Assembly (NCBI GenBank): GCA_965649765.1
Contig: OZ287752.1
Coordinates: 58,404,001 to 58,468,000 of the forward strand
Reading direction: 5' to 3'
Length of the DNA: 64,000 nucleotides
Source of the DNA: Bispira polyomma
Taxonomy: Eukaryota
The translations under genes were made by a program, and so were the position numbers. The notes below the pieces were generated by a model. It saw only the letters and a program-made list of their open reading frames with translations. It did no database searches and was not told the origin of the DNA. Each line of letters opens with the position of its first letter. The first letter of the stretch is position 1. Below, piece after piece: positions 39,106 to 53,200 of this stretch.

Positions 39106-41439
39106 CAATACATTTATATGTGTTTTTCAAGCTGCAGGAAAACATTCCAAAAAAATGTGTATGCATTTGTATTTAGTTTTCTTGTATATAAAACAACATG
39201 ACTTTAATAAGGTGTTTGTGGTAAATCTTCGCTAAACTTGGCAACTATTCTGAGAAATACTCATTTTAGTGTTAGTAACCAATAACATCATTCGATTATA
39301 CCAAAAAATTAAATGCCATTAATTTAAAATGGTGTAGTTTCACAAAAAGAAACTAGTGTTAATTGGCTACTATTCCATGTAAACTGCAACACCAGAGTTA
39401 TAGTGTAGGTAGTGTTTACCTTATGCCTTGACTAGATGATTTTAATGTACATGTATAATCGAACCACACACTTTGTGACTAATGCTCAATTTACCCTTCA
39501 GTATAAATGTAGAGAGCTAAGTATTAGATTTATTATTCTTGTCTAACAGTATTATACAGTAAATGTTAATGGAATGAAGAATGGAATGTTTTAATGATGT
39601 GTAATATATGTTAATCACATATGTGGGTTGATGGATAATAAAAACCATACAATTGACATTAAGGTATGGTATTACATGATGCATGGAATATTTTGAGTGT
39701 CAAGTCAGGTGCGTGCAAGCATAATATGGTAGATTCTTTGTTGCCTAACTTATCATGGGAGAGTAAGATATTGTTGTAATAACATACAGGGTTTACAAAA
39801 TAGAAGAATTGTGTAGGAAACTAGAAGGAAATAAAACTAATATTGGCCATTTGAGTGCATAAAATTTAAAACCCATTACAATAGCAAGTCAGAAAATTAA
39901 GTATTTTTACACTAGAAACGTCATACTTCCTATATAGGAAGTATTGCTAATCGTTCTGTAACATCTCGAAACATGTAATTAATTTGGCGGGGGGTTAATG
40001 TTTTACTCGTGTTTAAGTACTAGTCATTCAAAAATGTGCAATAACTCCTCTATAAATAGAACTATTAATTCTTATTAAATTTAGCAAAAGTGCGTACAAT
40101 TTGAGCCTTTAGCAGTAATTTTGCTAATATGAATGAACCAACATCAATGTGAAAGTACCTGAGACAGTATGCGTTATTGTTTGTTTTTTTTTGTGAAATT
40201 GTTGCAGAAAAGTTATAAAATATACTACCTTAAAATGCCTTAATCTGACAAATCCGTCTAATAACTAAATTGAACAAAGCTGTAGCACAACTTCTTTGGT
40301 AACTGCACAATATATATAGGAATAAATTTGGGGACTTGTACAGTGTAGGTTAGCTATAAATTGACCAGAAATACCTTTCTTTATAGGCTAAAATACTTTG
40401 TCAAATAGACAGATGTATCCTGTTTTACATGTGAAAAGTAGCACATTATTGGATTGTAGTTAAGAGTTGTTGGATCCATCTCGCCTAATGTTGTAAATAG
40501 ACTGCTGAAGATGCGATAGGGTCTGACAGTAAATGACAAAATAAAACCTGTGTTCATTCAAAAGGTGTGAAAACCTTGAGTTACTGTTCTTGTTGTTATT
40601 CCTTAGTGTGTGTATGGATGTAGAGTATGGGTTATAGATGTTGCATGTGTCATATTGTGTAACTTTCAATGGTAAATGCTATTCAATGAAACTTTTTTTT
40701 TTTTTTCTTTTCTTTTTTCTAAATGCTTATGTGAAGAAGAAGAATAAACTCGTGTATAAATGCTTCTGGACAAGTGTAGAAAGATGAATGTACATTTACG
40801 TTGTTAATACTTTAATGCAGTGCTTGTGTTGTTAATATTTATAAATATCAATTTGTTTGTTTTGTACAATATTAAGTGCATTGCTAATACTTGTGCTACA
40901 TGTCATTATTATTATAAATTCAACTAAGAAAATAAAACATGAAAAATGTACATTATGCTGTTGTTTACTGTAAAAACTTGATCGTATCTCTTTATTTAAG
41001 GTGCTTATATACAATATTTTTGTTTGTTAAAATTATTTCCAGATATTTTTTCACATTTCCTATCCATATTTTACTGATTGTGTTCTATTGACATTGACAA
41101 GAATCTTGTGTTTACCTTCTCAATATTGTGATCTTTCCACTCAGATATGTACACCTCACCTGGATCATTATAGTGTCAAGGAAGATAAGATTGAACAATT
41201 GTGGACACCAAGTACCATGATCAAGTCTAAACAAAAATTATGCAGGTACACTTTCTTATGCCAGCATATGGGGCACTAATCTGCAATAGGACACTATGTA
41301 CTGGTTAGTGAATACAAAGTTCTTAACATAAACTGCTCATCTGGAACCCTAGGCTATTGGAGAGTCATCAGTTGCAATAAATATTGTATACCACAGGAAA
41401 ACTCCCCTAATCCAACAGATTTCATTTGCTATTGGGTTG

Positions 41440-41655
41440 AATCGCATTCAACATATTGTATAGGTTATATCATGACAGGCAGTTTTAGTGCTAGAGGAAA
41501 CCAGTGTATACTAGTTAGTCAAGATTCTACACTCTAAACCAGCGACTATTTGCAAGTAACTGCAAAGTTTCCCACTTAAAACCCTGTCCGAGATTCAAAC
41601 CAGGACCTTCGAGGTGGGAGGCAATTGTGTTAGCACTGCTTCACCGAGGCCCCTC
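41440..41655 (-). mobile_element. tRNA-derived SINE, degenerate
   Basis: Reverse-strand B-box (gagattcaaacc) and head (caccgaggcccc); body similar to the family-1 tail. Confidence 0.6.
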
Positions 41656-42479
41656 TAATACAGTAGAAAACAAGGGGCAAGATAACTGGGGATAAATAAC
41701 ACCATAGTTTGTACTGGTCAAAATAAGCTGCTGACATTAAACTGAACTTGTGTTTTACATGTTTTGTGAAATGGTCACATGATAATGCCAAATTATAGTT
41801 TAAGCTTGCTGTATAATTAATATTTGGCTAATAGCATAGGATGGCTATGTCTATCTGCATGTGCTCATTTCATTTTTTGGAAGTTTATTGTTTGCTTTTA
41901 TAATTTGAACCGTGTGCCTATAATACTGCATATTAAGGTTTTGAGATAAAAACAGTCACAAAGATGAACAATTATTCAGTCCACAGCTTGTAAGTTTTTA
42001 AATGCGGAATCACCAAACTTGCTTCCTATAGCCATACAACAGTTGTGAATTTGAGGTCAAACAATTAACTTGTCAATGAGCTGATCAGACACTGACATTG
42101 AAGTTTTAATATATATGGAGATTTAGCGCCATTACGGATTTGATTAGATAGTCCGGTTTCAACATATTTAAAAACAAGAGGAGTTAGCCACAAACTGACA
42201 TTCAATTTTCTTTTAGCAATTTGGTTACAATCATATAGAAATTTAAAAGATGCCAAAGAGGCCTTTTTGGCATTGGAGGCAAAAAACAACTCTTGTGCCT
42301 GTCATATAGTTAACACTACAAATGTACCAATGTTTAGTTGTTGAGAGATGATGTATCAGATTTTTGTATGTGGTTTGCTAGGCATCTTCTAAAGTTCAAC
42401 ATTCGATTAAGTGATCCAATTAGGAAGTCCACAGGCATAGCAAGGCCGTGAGGATAGATGAGGGTTCATACAGGAGGGA

Positions 42480-42660
42480 AGCTAAGGTGGGTCAACAAGG
42501 TTAAAAAGATAGGTTTTGAGCTTTTTCCTAAAACCAATAAGTGTATCCACTGATCTGAGGTCAACTAGGAGACTTCCATAACAAGAGAGCTGCAGTGGAG
42601 AAAGCTCTGGATCCTGCTATCCTAGAGGGTCTATCTGAAGAAACAGAGAGTCTGTTGCCT
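42480..42660 (-). mobile_element. L2-clade LINE 3' remnant
   Basis: Minus-strand GSRAFSTAALLLW... and, after a frameshift, LRSVDTLIGFRKKLKTYLFN. Confidence 0.65.
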
Positions 42661-43446
42661 CATTTTAGGTTATTAAAACCTGATAATTGATTTAAAATTA
42701 ACCTGCTCTTTGATAACATAAACCACATGTGCACTGGTTTTAACACCTACCAGAATAAAGAATTACAAACAATTAAACTTGGGTTACTATTTCAATTAAA
42801 CAACTTTAGTTTCCATGAAACAACTTCAGTGAAATATACTCTTGTAATTCTATCGGTAACAAGTAAAAAAAGGTTGAACCATAGAAAATTTTATAACAAT
42901 AATAACTACCAGAAAAGGAGTGTTCAAAAAAATTTTTTTTTAGAAGGAAGCAAATTTGAGATTAAAGATTTAAGCATGAATAGCTTGAGTAATTATGGGA
43001 TATGGACACAAATGAACAGATAACCCTTTAAAAAGTTTGGAAAGGATGTCAACAGCCTTATTTTCTTAAATAAGCAGTAACTATTAGATGACAGGCATCT
43101 TGTTCTTTGCAATGGCTCCAAAATATGTACCAAATGGGAAATGTCCATAATAAACAAATAAACAATAAAATTGCAAATAATTTGACTAGAATATAGGCAG
43201 GATATATGTAAATACAAGTGTAAAAATATTTAAAAGTTGTCGAGCTTCTCTGAATATTAAATAAAAGCACATAATATTTATTCCATAACCTTCATAGGGA
43301 CATGCTTCTTATACTAAAGGACTTTGATAGTAAAAAATCTCTTAAAAATTGTAGATTACTGGAATCTTATTCCAGTTCAAATTTCAGAACTATGTAATGC
43401 AAGTTTACATTTGGTCTTTGTTAGTTATGCCCATACACATATAATG

Positions 43447-43710
43447 GAGGCTGTGGTGGCTTAGGAGTTAGCAAGCATTGCGCTTCACAATCACTGGTCT
43501 CTCACCTCTAGAGTCGGCTGGCGTGGGTTCGACTCCTGTCGATGCCTATGTGGGAAAGGTGGTAGTGTACTTCCTTACTGTGAGCTGCTGGTTTCAGTGC
43601 AGAATCTTGATCAACTGTATGCAATGTTTCCTCTAGTGTGTCCAACTACCCGTCCCAATATCACCTAAACAGGTACTAGAGTGAACCTTAAATATATAAA
43701 TAAAAAATCT
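43447..43710 (+). mobile_element. tRNA-derived SINE (family 1) with TSD
   Basis: High similarity to 3729-3994; TSD at(a/g)cacatataatg. Confidence 0.9.
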
Positions 43711-44199
43711 ATGCACATATAATGACTTAAAGCTTTGATGGTTGTTTTTAAGATATCAAGTTATTTACTATGCCAACAAATTATCTACTATGTTTTATTT
43801 ATATGTTATTATGAAGTCATTATTTTTAATATTACTACATAGCATATAAAATATATTTAATTATGGTTTAGTCTTTTTGATTATTACAGGGCCTCTTGTT
43901 AATTTGCAATGCCTTAAAATAAAGACCTCACTGGCAAGAAACAAAGTATTTGAAAAAAAATCACTCCAAACCATCACAAGAGAAGTTTACAATTTGCAAA
44001 AAGATATCTTGCCAAATATATTATACGATGCACATATGCACCTCTCTGAGTTCTAGTATACACGATTTTAAGCGATTGATGACCTCCTTAAATATTAGAT
44101 GGTACCTTAACTAGGGTACAGTTAAGCGCACTTGACTGAACACCATTATACTTTAGTGTTGACCCTGTTCTGTTCGATTTAAATTTCTATTTTTTTGCC

Positions 44200-44286
44200 A
44201 TGGGTTCTGCTAAAAGAGTTTTAGTTTATGGTGGAAAAGGTGCACTTGGATCTGTATGCGTGTCTCATTTTAAATCCAAGAACTGG
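44200..44286 (+). CDS. QDPR: QDPR exon 1
   Basis: [29 protein letters not shown]; gccATGg Kozak context; gtaac donor. Confidence 0.95.
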
Positions 44287-47200
44287 GTAACTCTTATGTA
44301 ATCTGTTTAATCGTTATTAGATGAAATCTTTAATTATCGCCCAGTACAATCACTTCCTGGTTTCTGAACCGTGCTGGAAACTCATGACATATTAGGTGTA
44401 TTTTGCAGACGAGAATCCGTTGAATCTGTGCAATCTAGGTTATGATCCGGTTCCGTTGGGTTAGCCAAATTTGTGAAATGCAAAACGTTGATTGTTAGAT
44501 TAAAAATGGCTTCAAATGATATCGATTTTAGTATTACACTAGTATTTAAATGTACTGGTAGTACTCAAGTTCATTTGATAATATTCAAGTTTCATTTGTT
44601 CTAGTGTATTTGAGTACATGTAGTAACTATCTAACTGTTATTTGACTTTCCCTCTCTTTTTGCAATGAATTTTGGGTAATCCATTCGTTCTGAATCCATT
44701 GGACAACTCCTTGAGGAAGATCAACAGATCACTGAACCAGTTCACTATTTGGTAAAATTTGCAACCAAAACCGTTGAACTACAAATCTAGATTTGACAGA
44801 TTGTGTCTGTTAAATACGCCTACTGCCTGTATAGTTTACCCCACCGTCTAACTGACATTTATCGCTGGTTACCAGTTACTGTCACATAGAAATGCATTGG
44901 CCTTGGAATACATTAAAAAAAGCACCAGGCCTTTTTTTCAATTTTTCAAAACAGACTAGCTTTTTTCCCACTAGGTGTTTCTTCCGCCAGGCACTTTTCC
45001 CTGGATTCAACAAACCAGGTGAGGAAATTAGATGAGCGGTTTCCATATGGATGTTATGTACTAAACAGATAACCAGGACATGCCCCTCTACACTGTGTTG
45101 TACATCAATGGAAATGTGGAAACCCAGGTTGCTGCATCCTTTCTCCTACAAAAAGAAGATGGGACATCTGTAAGGAAGATGGTGGAACTGTTCAAATAGG
45201 CCAACCCCAAATGGAGCTACCTTAAGGTGTTCATGATGGACAAGGATATGACCTAGAGGGCCATTATCAAATCTGAAGTTTTACACCAGATTTGCTTCTT
45301 CCACGTATTACGCACATTTGGGAGAGAAATCACGATTGACAAGTTGGGGATTACTTCTGTGGAAAAATCCACTGTACTAAGCCAGATCCAGAAGATCACA
45401 TACAGTAGGAACAAAGAGATATTCCATAGAAAGTACAGTACTCTTGTAATGTGATGCCTGACAGAGTGACGGAATGCTACAATGCCAACTAGCATGGCTT
45501 TTCCCACTTTTAGAAGTCTATCGTCATGAGAGGAAGTTCGAGGGAATTCTTTGAATGCTTCATGATGCACACTAAATATTTTTATTGATATGTACATTTA
45601 ACACGAAACTTTGATACCTACCTTAAAGTGTTTCTCGGGATGAACTTTAATGAATTGAGCGTTTCTCAAAATCGAACTGTATTGTTACATACCAGGAATT
45701 TTTAACTAAAAACTGAGGATTTGAGGACCCGAATCTCGACCTCTTGTGATCATAATTGATAAGCAACCAGTAGCAATTATGGTCATAGAGTCAATCACAA
45801 ATGTCATAATTTTATGATGATTATTTATAAATTATAATGGTACATGTATATTAATCTAGCTTACTACTTGATTAAAACAAGACTCTGAAAGATTCAGAAT
45901 TTATCTTAAGTAACAAAAATGTTGTTTATAGTCAAGGTGACCATAATTGGTACATTTGCAAAAATGGTAGCCTAATTGTTTGCCCAATCTACATCTCAAG
46001 AGCTAATTTTAAGCAATTGAATTCCAATTAAGTGCTCTATATATAGTGTTATAGGTCTGAAAACGGCAACACTGCCTATGTAATACTGGTATATCCAATT
46101 GTCTTTAATATCTGCAGCTTATTTAGTTCCTGGGATAGAAATAATACTTTAATTACATTTCTCACATTATTGAAAACTTTACCCCGTACATTATGGAGAC
46201 ACCAAAATATAATTTCAGCCTTGTCTTTTTTTTCTACAAAACTAAATCCACGTTTGATATAGACTTTGGTCTCTTTCTTTAAAACAAAATTGCTGCTACA
46301 GTGGAATAATTTTTTTTTATATTAAGGCTCTAAGAGACAACTATTGCAGCTAGCCTTACAAAAATTTCAGGATATATTTACTGCTATGATATCTTGCTGT
46401 AGCTGAACTTTGGCTTCATTTTGAACAATAAAAGGGCCGCCAAAACAAGTTATTAAATGATTTTATCTCATTTACAGACAAAGCATTACATATGAATATA
46501 TAATAACCCAATTTGATATACAAATTACCTGTATAAAGAATCCCTAAAGTGAACTTTGACTGTGTTCTGAAAAACCCAAATGACTGCTGTAGGCTATTTG
46601 AACATTTACTTCTTTAACAATCTCAGAGGAAATTACTACAGATACTCATATAGCCTTACCAAATTTTCAGGATATGTTTACTGCTATGATATCTTGCTCC
46701 TGCTAAACTTTTAACTTATTTGAAAACAAGATGGCCACCATGACAATTTCTATAAAAATAATTTTTATCTCAATCACAGACAACCTGTTGCAGATATGTT
46801 TTCTGAATTTAAATGATAGTTTGTCTATATAAATATTTCTAAAACTGAACTTTACCTCAGTATTCCACATCAGAAGAATCCATTCGATGCAATTAATCGC
46901 ATCTGAGGCAATTTGTCTTGTTAAAATTAGTGTTATCTTTGTTGAACGACGTACTTTATTTTAAAGGGAAATGTTTATGCAGTGAGACTAATTCATGTTC
47001 CCATTCTTTATTATAGTTCGAGAAGATTATTCTGTACAAACAAATTAAGAAAACAGAAGTTCATAAACGGACATGATTTCTTAAATTTGAAAACCCATAC
47101 ACGTATTTTATTGTTGTGATATGTCATTGTGTGTCATTGAAGTGCAATTCCTTTACTGTATTCTTTCTGAGAGCATCTTTACGTCCACATGACAATCTAG

Positions 47201-50200
47201 ATGTTTTTATTTAACAGATACTGTAAAATCGTTTTGTAATATTTTTCAAGTCATATGTTTTTTTTATCAAGTTAAGATTTAGCATTTATAGAATATGTGT
47301 TAAATAAGATCCATACATTAAGCTTTAATGAATGTTAAATATATATAGTGTAGAAGTATAAATCAGTGCAATTTTGAACTTTGTCATTTAACTCTTGTCA
47401 TTTCATGTAATGGGTTAACTAGAATTTCAGTCATTACGCAAAATGACTGCAAATTTTAGGCATTACATGCAGTAATGATTACACATATTAATTTTAACAT
47501 ATATAGATGTTTTTCTGTATTGTACATTTTGTGTTGTATACATTTTGCAGTGGGTAGCTTCAATTGACCTTTTTACTAATGAAAATGCTTCTGCAAATGT
47601 GGTTATTAACCCGGCTGAACCCTGGGAAAAACAAGAACAACAGGTTTGTTTGTCTTACAGTTTATTACTTTGATCTTGGTATTAAATTATGAAGTGAATT
47701 TGTATGGACTGGTATTTGGAATGATCAGCTGAACATGTGTTTGTGGAAGCCTTTACATATTATAGAGCAAGATGTAGCTTATGATTCTATAAACAAGTGT
47801 AAGACATTCTGTTTAAATACCTACATTCAAATTCAAGGAATTAATTGTTTAGAGATTAATTCTTAAAAATAGAATTCAGTTGTTATAGTTCTTGCAAGCT
47901 AGGTAAATACTCCCACTTTCTATGTTGAATCAGTTCATTTCCTTGCAATAAATATATAATAAATGTACATCAATGGAGCCACTTAGTCAAATGTAAGCTC
48001 AAAGCTTATACAGTAGAAACTTGATTATCTGAACATGTTAGGAGAGCCAGATTGTGTTCGGATGATAAAAGATTCATAAGTATAAAACAGAAGAGGCATT
48101 TGTCTGCAAATAATAGGAAAATATAAATTTGGGAGATTCGAAAGGAGTTCATAAGTTTGGATAATAGAAGTTCTACTGTATTGCTTCCGATAGGTGAGCC
48201 AAAAAGTTGAAGAAAGCCTGAGTGGAGAAAAGGTAGATGCAATTTTGTGTGTTGCTGGAGGATGGGCCGGTGGAAATGCTGATTCTAAAGGTAACACATA
48301 AAGTTATAGTACATGTATGTGAATAATCATAAAGTAACTACTGAAAATGATCTTACTGAAAGTTATGCCGAATATTACCGAAAATGGTCCAAAAAATGTG
48401 GTACAAATGTGGTTATTATTCTTTTGACGATAACATTTTTAGATAAATTTGACAAATTATGCATTATTCTATTTGTTATTTCACATGCAGAATAGGAAAC
48501 CAATTAGAAAACATGTAGTGACTTCATAAAGAGTTTTAACATTCGTTTCCTGCTTTATGTTGTAGGAATGAAGTTCAAGGGCGCATACTTTATTGGCGAG
48601 TAAAGGACTGAATTATGGCAAAATAATAGACAAGGTTAGGCTTGAGTCTATTATGTAGGAAGACTCCTTTATTTGCCAATAAAGTAGAAGCCTAGGTACT
48701 TTATTTATTTTAGAAAGACTGACAACAGTATTATTTAAAGCAAATAATAAGATATTTTCCAACTTACTGTGAACTATTTTTGTACTTACTGACGGAACTA
48801 TTTGTCCGTACTCTAATCTCCCAGATAAAGAAGGGCTACGAATTGCGCACTGATGGCTTTTGTGTTAGATGGACCCTTCCGGTCTTTCTAATGACTCATG
48901 TTATTGACTGACTTTAAAAACATAAATGCAAAAGTAGTTATAAAAATAAAAAATACCCATACTGTATTTATTGTATTTAAACGCACTTTATTGATGTGAG
49001 GCATCTTTTACTAAAAGCGCAACAACCGAATCAATTAACCAACCATAAATTCGAAACAACATATACTATATTTTACAATTTGTTTACTGTATATTTAACT
49101 GCTATATATATATAAAAATCACCATTTCTATAACCATTCTACTGATACATAGATATTAATGACCGTTTTTGCCATGACATTCATTTGGTAGTGTTTAGTA
49201 TGTACTGTACAGTAAGACCATGAAAGAAGCTTTAGCTTATTTATTACTACCTGTGACTTTGTAAGTAAAAAAACATAGTTTCCTTGAACATGTTATGCAT
49301 GTAATGTATAGGTAACATACTGGCTCCCACCTCTGCAGTTGTGGGTGTTGATATTTGAGTTTATGGTTAAAATCTCTATTAAAATGAATGGTCACAAATA
49401 TAGATTTTTTCCATGTACAATGATTTCCACATGGCCTGTATTTGAGTTGAGTATGAGTTTAAGCTGAGTATACGTTCGAGAATACCAGCCCAGGTGTTTA
49501 TGATGACATAGTTGGCCCAGCTTCAAGTTGCTCCACCAGTGAACTGTCTGTCTTGACATGACACAAGACGTGATTGAAAGTGACACTGAAAACCCAAACT
49601 CAATTAGAATTTATAAATGTTAAAGAGATTCCTTGTTCTTTGTTAACTTTTAGGGGCCCCAAAGGCCAAGTAGTTATAAGCATATGCTTTAAAATCACTG
49701 GCCTCTCACCTCTGGGGATCGAATCCCACAGAGTCATTCTTCATGTGAGAAAGTTTGTCAGATACTTGCTATAGGTCGGTGGTTTACAGTGCATGAGCAC
49801 TAGTTTCTCCACCACCAATGCTGGCCATCACAATTTGACTGTAGCTGTTGAAAAATCCCAAAATAAATTCAAATTCTGTGTAAACTTTAGATCTGGTAAA
49901 GAACAGCGATCTGATGTGGAAGCAGAGTGTGTGGTCTTCCACTATAGCTGCACACCTAGCCAGTAAACACCTAAAGGAAGGTGGTCTCCTTCAACTGACT
50001 GGGGCCCAGCCCGCACTCTCTAGTACCCCAGGTAAAAATTAAATGTAAATTTTTGGTTTATAGTCTGATATCACCTCTATTGAGGTATCAGCCGACTTTA
50101 CAGTTTACACCCCCAGCCAGGGTTGTTTCACTTATCAACCAATTGTTCATTCTCAGCTCCCTCAGGGAGCATACTAGCCATGCTGCCATATGTGGCGTAC

Positions 50201-53200
50201 AAAGACTAACACCCGTTAAGGGCCAAGTACCCATTTATACACCTGGGTAGAGAGGGACAACTTTGTGTAAAGCACCTTGTCCAAGGGTACAATCTCCAGG
50301 CCGCAGGCGAGGATCGAACCCTGGCTCTTAAGATCCAAAGTCCGACACACTAACCATTAGGCCACAGAGACCACAAAAGGTAAGAATACACTAATAAAAA
50401 ACACGGGGGATTTCTAGATTAAACTCAAGTGAAGACTATGTATGTAACTCCTGTAAAAGGAAATAACCTCTATTTGTGACTATTCATTTTGATAGAGCTT
50501 TTAGTACTGAATTTAAATGTGCAGTCAGATTTGATGTATATTCCCTATTCTATTTCTAGAGGTTGGCAGAGCTTAGATTTGATCTGAATTGAGCCAGAGG
50601 TATTTGGAGAAAACGTCTATAGGAATGGATTGTATTTTGCATTTTTAATGTGGCTCATTGATGTTAAGCATCTTCTAAGGCACAACAATAGAATCAATTA
50701 ATCAATTGAGAAGTCAAAAAACAACAACATAGCCACAATAATAACGAATAATGTGGTGGTTTACAGGGAGGGAATTAAGTGGGTTAAGTATTTTTTGCGA
50801 GAAGGCTCTTAGTAAAGCTACACCACACTAAATAAATAGATTATCTGGGGTGTGGTTCACAAAATATCTTAAGGGGCTATGAACGTAACCGCATAAACTG
50901 ATCACTGATAACTTCCACTTACACCTACGAAAATACAGCATTTTTCTGATGTTGAGACCTTAAAACTGGTTCCACTTATATCTAAATTCCACTTACACTG
51001 GTTCTACTTATACAGAGTCTACTGTATCTTCGTATGTGTTGGAGCAATACTCGTATTGTGTCATGATAGAAAGGGCTCTCTGTGAGAATTGTTTACAAAT
51101 ATGACATTCCCATATAGATTTTAAATTGTGTGACGTCACAATATAAGAATCATTATAGGACTGTTTTAATCACTTTGCAACAAAATAGTAAAGTTTTAAA
51201 TGGTATCTGCATATAAAAATGATTTATACGGTCACTAAAGAACCATTTTATGGATGCTGTATTAAGTATATGTACCAAAATGAAAATTTGTAAATGTAGG
51301 ATAATATTTGGGCAGCGCATTTATGGGTTTACATTCATAGCCTCTCAAGCTTAAGCTCAGACTTAAGTTCTCAGAATTTGTAAAGGGTTTTGACCAAATC
51401 AAACTTAAGTCTTGTCTGAAGTTGAAGACCTCTAGCAGGGTGATTTAAGACTAATTGTTGTGGTCTATCCCATATTTCTAAGATATTAAACATGATTCCT
51501 ACCAATTTATGTTTATAATTCTATATTGTATAGTACTACTACAGTATATTAAACCCAAAATTTAATCAAAATATTTGAAAATATATATTTAAGCTGAACT
51601 TTGTCTATGACGTGATTTCTTGCACCAAAATAGTCCTAAGTAGATAGCCCTGCTATTAATATATTGAACTATATGGGATTGTGACGTAATAAAAATGTGT
51701 GCTTTATGCACAATTACAGTTAGAAAAAGTATTTTTAAAATCTTATTTTAACTGGAATTCAAAATGGTACAGTTAAAGTCATTTTTTCCTAAATTTTTTC
51801 ATGGCAGTTTACGTGAATCAACTGATGACAAATCTTAGCCAATAAATCTGTCTGGTCCTAGTAGAATAGAGGCACTATATTTTTCTACCGCTCCCCTCCA
51901 AAAAAAACTCAAACACAAAAACAAACGATTAAAATCGGCATTGTGGTTTCATTTTGATGCCAAAAGAATTGGAATTGTTCAGCACCTCGAGATGTGTGAT
52001 CAATAAGGTGACATAAAAAGGGTGCATATATATGTACCGGTATGTGAATCTTTTCCAAATGTAACAATTCATAGCAGGCAAGATCCAGACCAAATCGCTT
52101 GACGTAAAGGTAGAGCATTGAAGATAGGTCAATGTCTTAATTAACTTCAGTGGATTGCTGGCTCCTATATGAAATATAGGAAAAAGCATGAAAAATGCTT
52201 CTGTTTCTGCAGACTGAGGATGTTCTAACTTGTAATTATCGAAGATTTGGAACCACGTTGGACTAATAACTGAGGATCTACTCTTACACCCAAAAAGTAA
52301 TAAGAAGTCGATAGTTGACCATAGTATTGGTTTGTATTTATGTCCATATTTTATAATCAAAGTTCCGTATAGGAGATTGTTTCCTTTTCTATGGTACTGA
52401 GGATCTACTCTTACACCCAAAAAGTAATAAGAAGTCGATAGTTGACCATAGTATTGGTTTGTATTTATGTCCATATTTTATAATCAAAGTTCCGTATAGG
52501 AGATTGTTTCCTTTTCTATGGTACCGGACTTCCTATTTCATTCTTGTAGTGAAGTTGTTATGTATATAGGATGTGCTGTAGGAGGATGTAAAATGGGTGC
52601 TAGGGTATGAATATTAAGCAAATTTACACTGTACAAGCTTGTGTTTATTGTATCTCTGGATCTCATACCTTGAAATATGTATACTGAGTTTCTGTGTTAT
52701 TATCTTAAATAATAATACAGTATAAACCCCTTTTGTTCAAACGTCTATTATCCATCCTCCCAGAATTATGTTTTCGTATTATTTTATGTATAAAAATGCT
52801 TCTCCTATGTCTACTATTCAAACCAGCTGTTGCTCTCCGAATATGTTTACATAATAGAGGTTCTACTGCATACACAGTAACACAGGTGGTCCAAAATTGC
52901 AACTACAGTTGAAACCCTTTACCCTTAACTTAAGTGACCACGATAAATGCTTTTACTTAAGCAGGAAGTCCACTTAACATGGTGTGTTTTAAAAGAAAAT
53001 GCCTAACTTAAAAATACTACGTTTCAATGTACACAAACAAATATAGAGAGCAACAAATAAATAACCAAAAATAATGTACAAAGTTTTTAATCTATTAAAT
53101 AAAGATTTTATTATGAACACTTTTTACATTGTGTCAGTACATGTGCAGTTGAAAGTGTGGAAGTATGGATATAATGTAGCACTGTAGCTTGTGAGTAGTC

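Noticed and set aside
51929-52474. 181-aa minus-strand ORF
   Set aside because: No recognisable domain; it overlaps the 127-bp duplication and the RNA gene, so it is a chance ORF.
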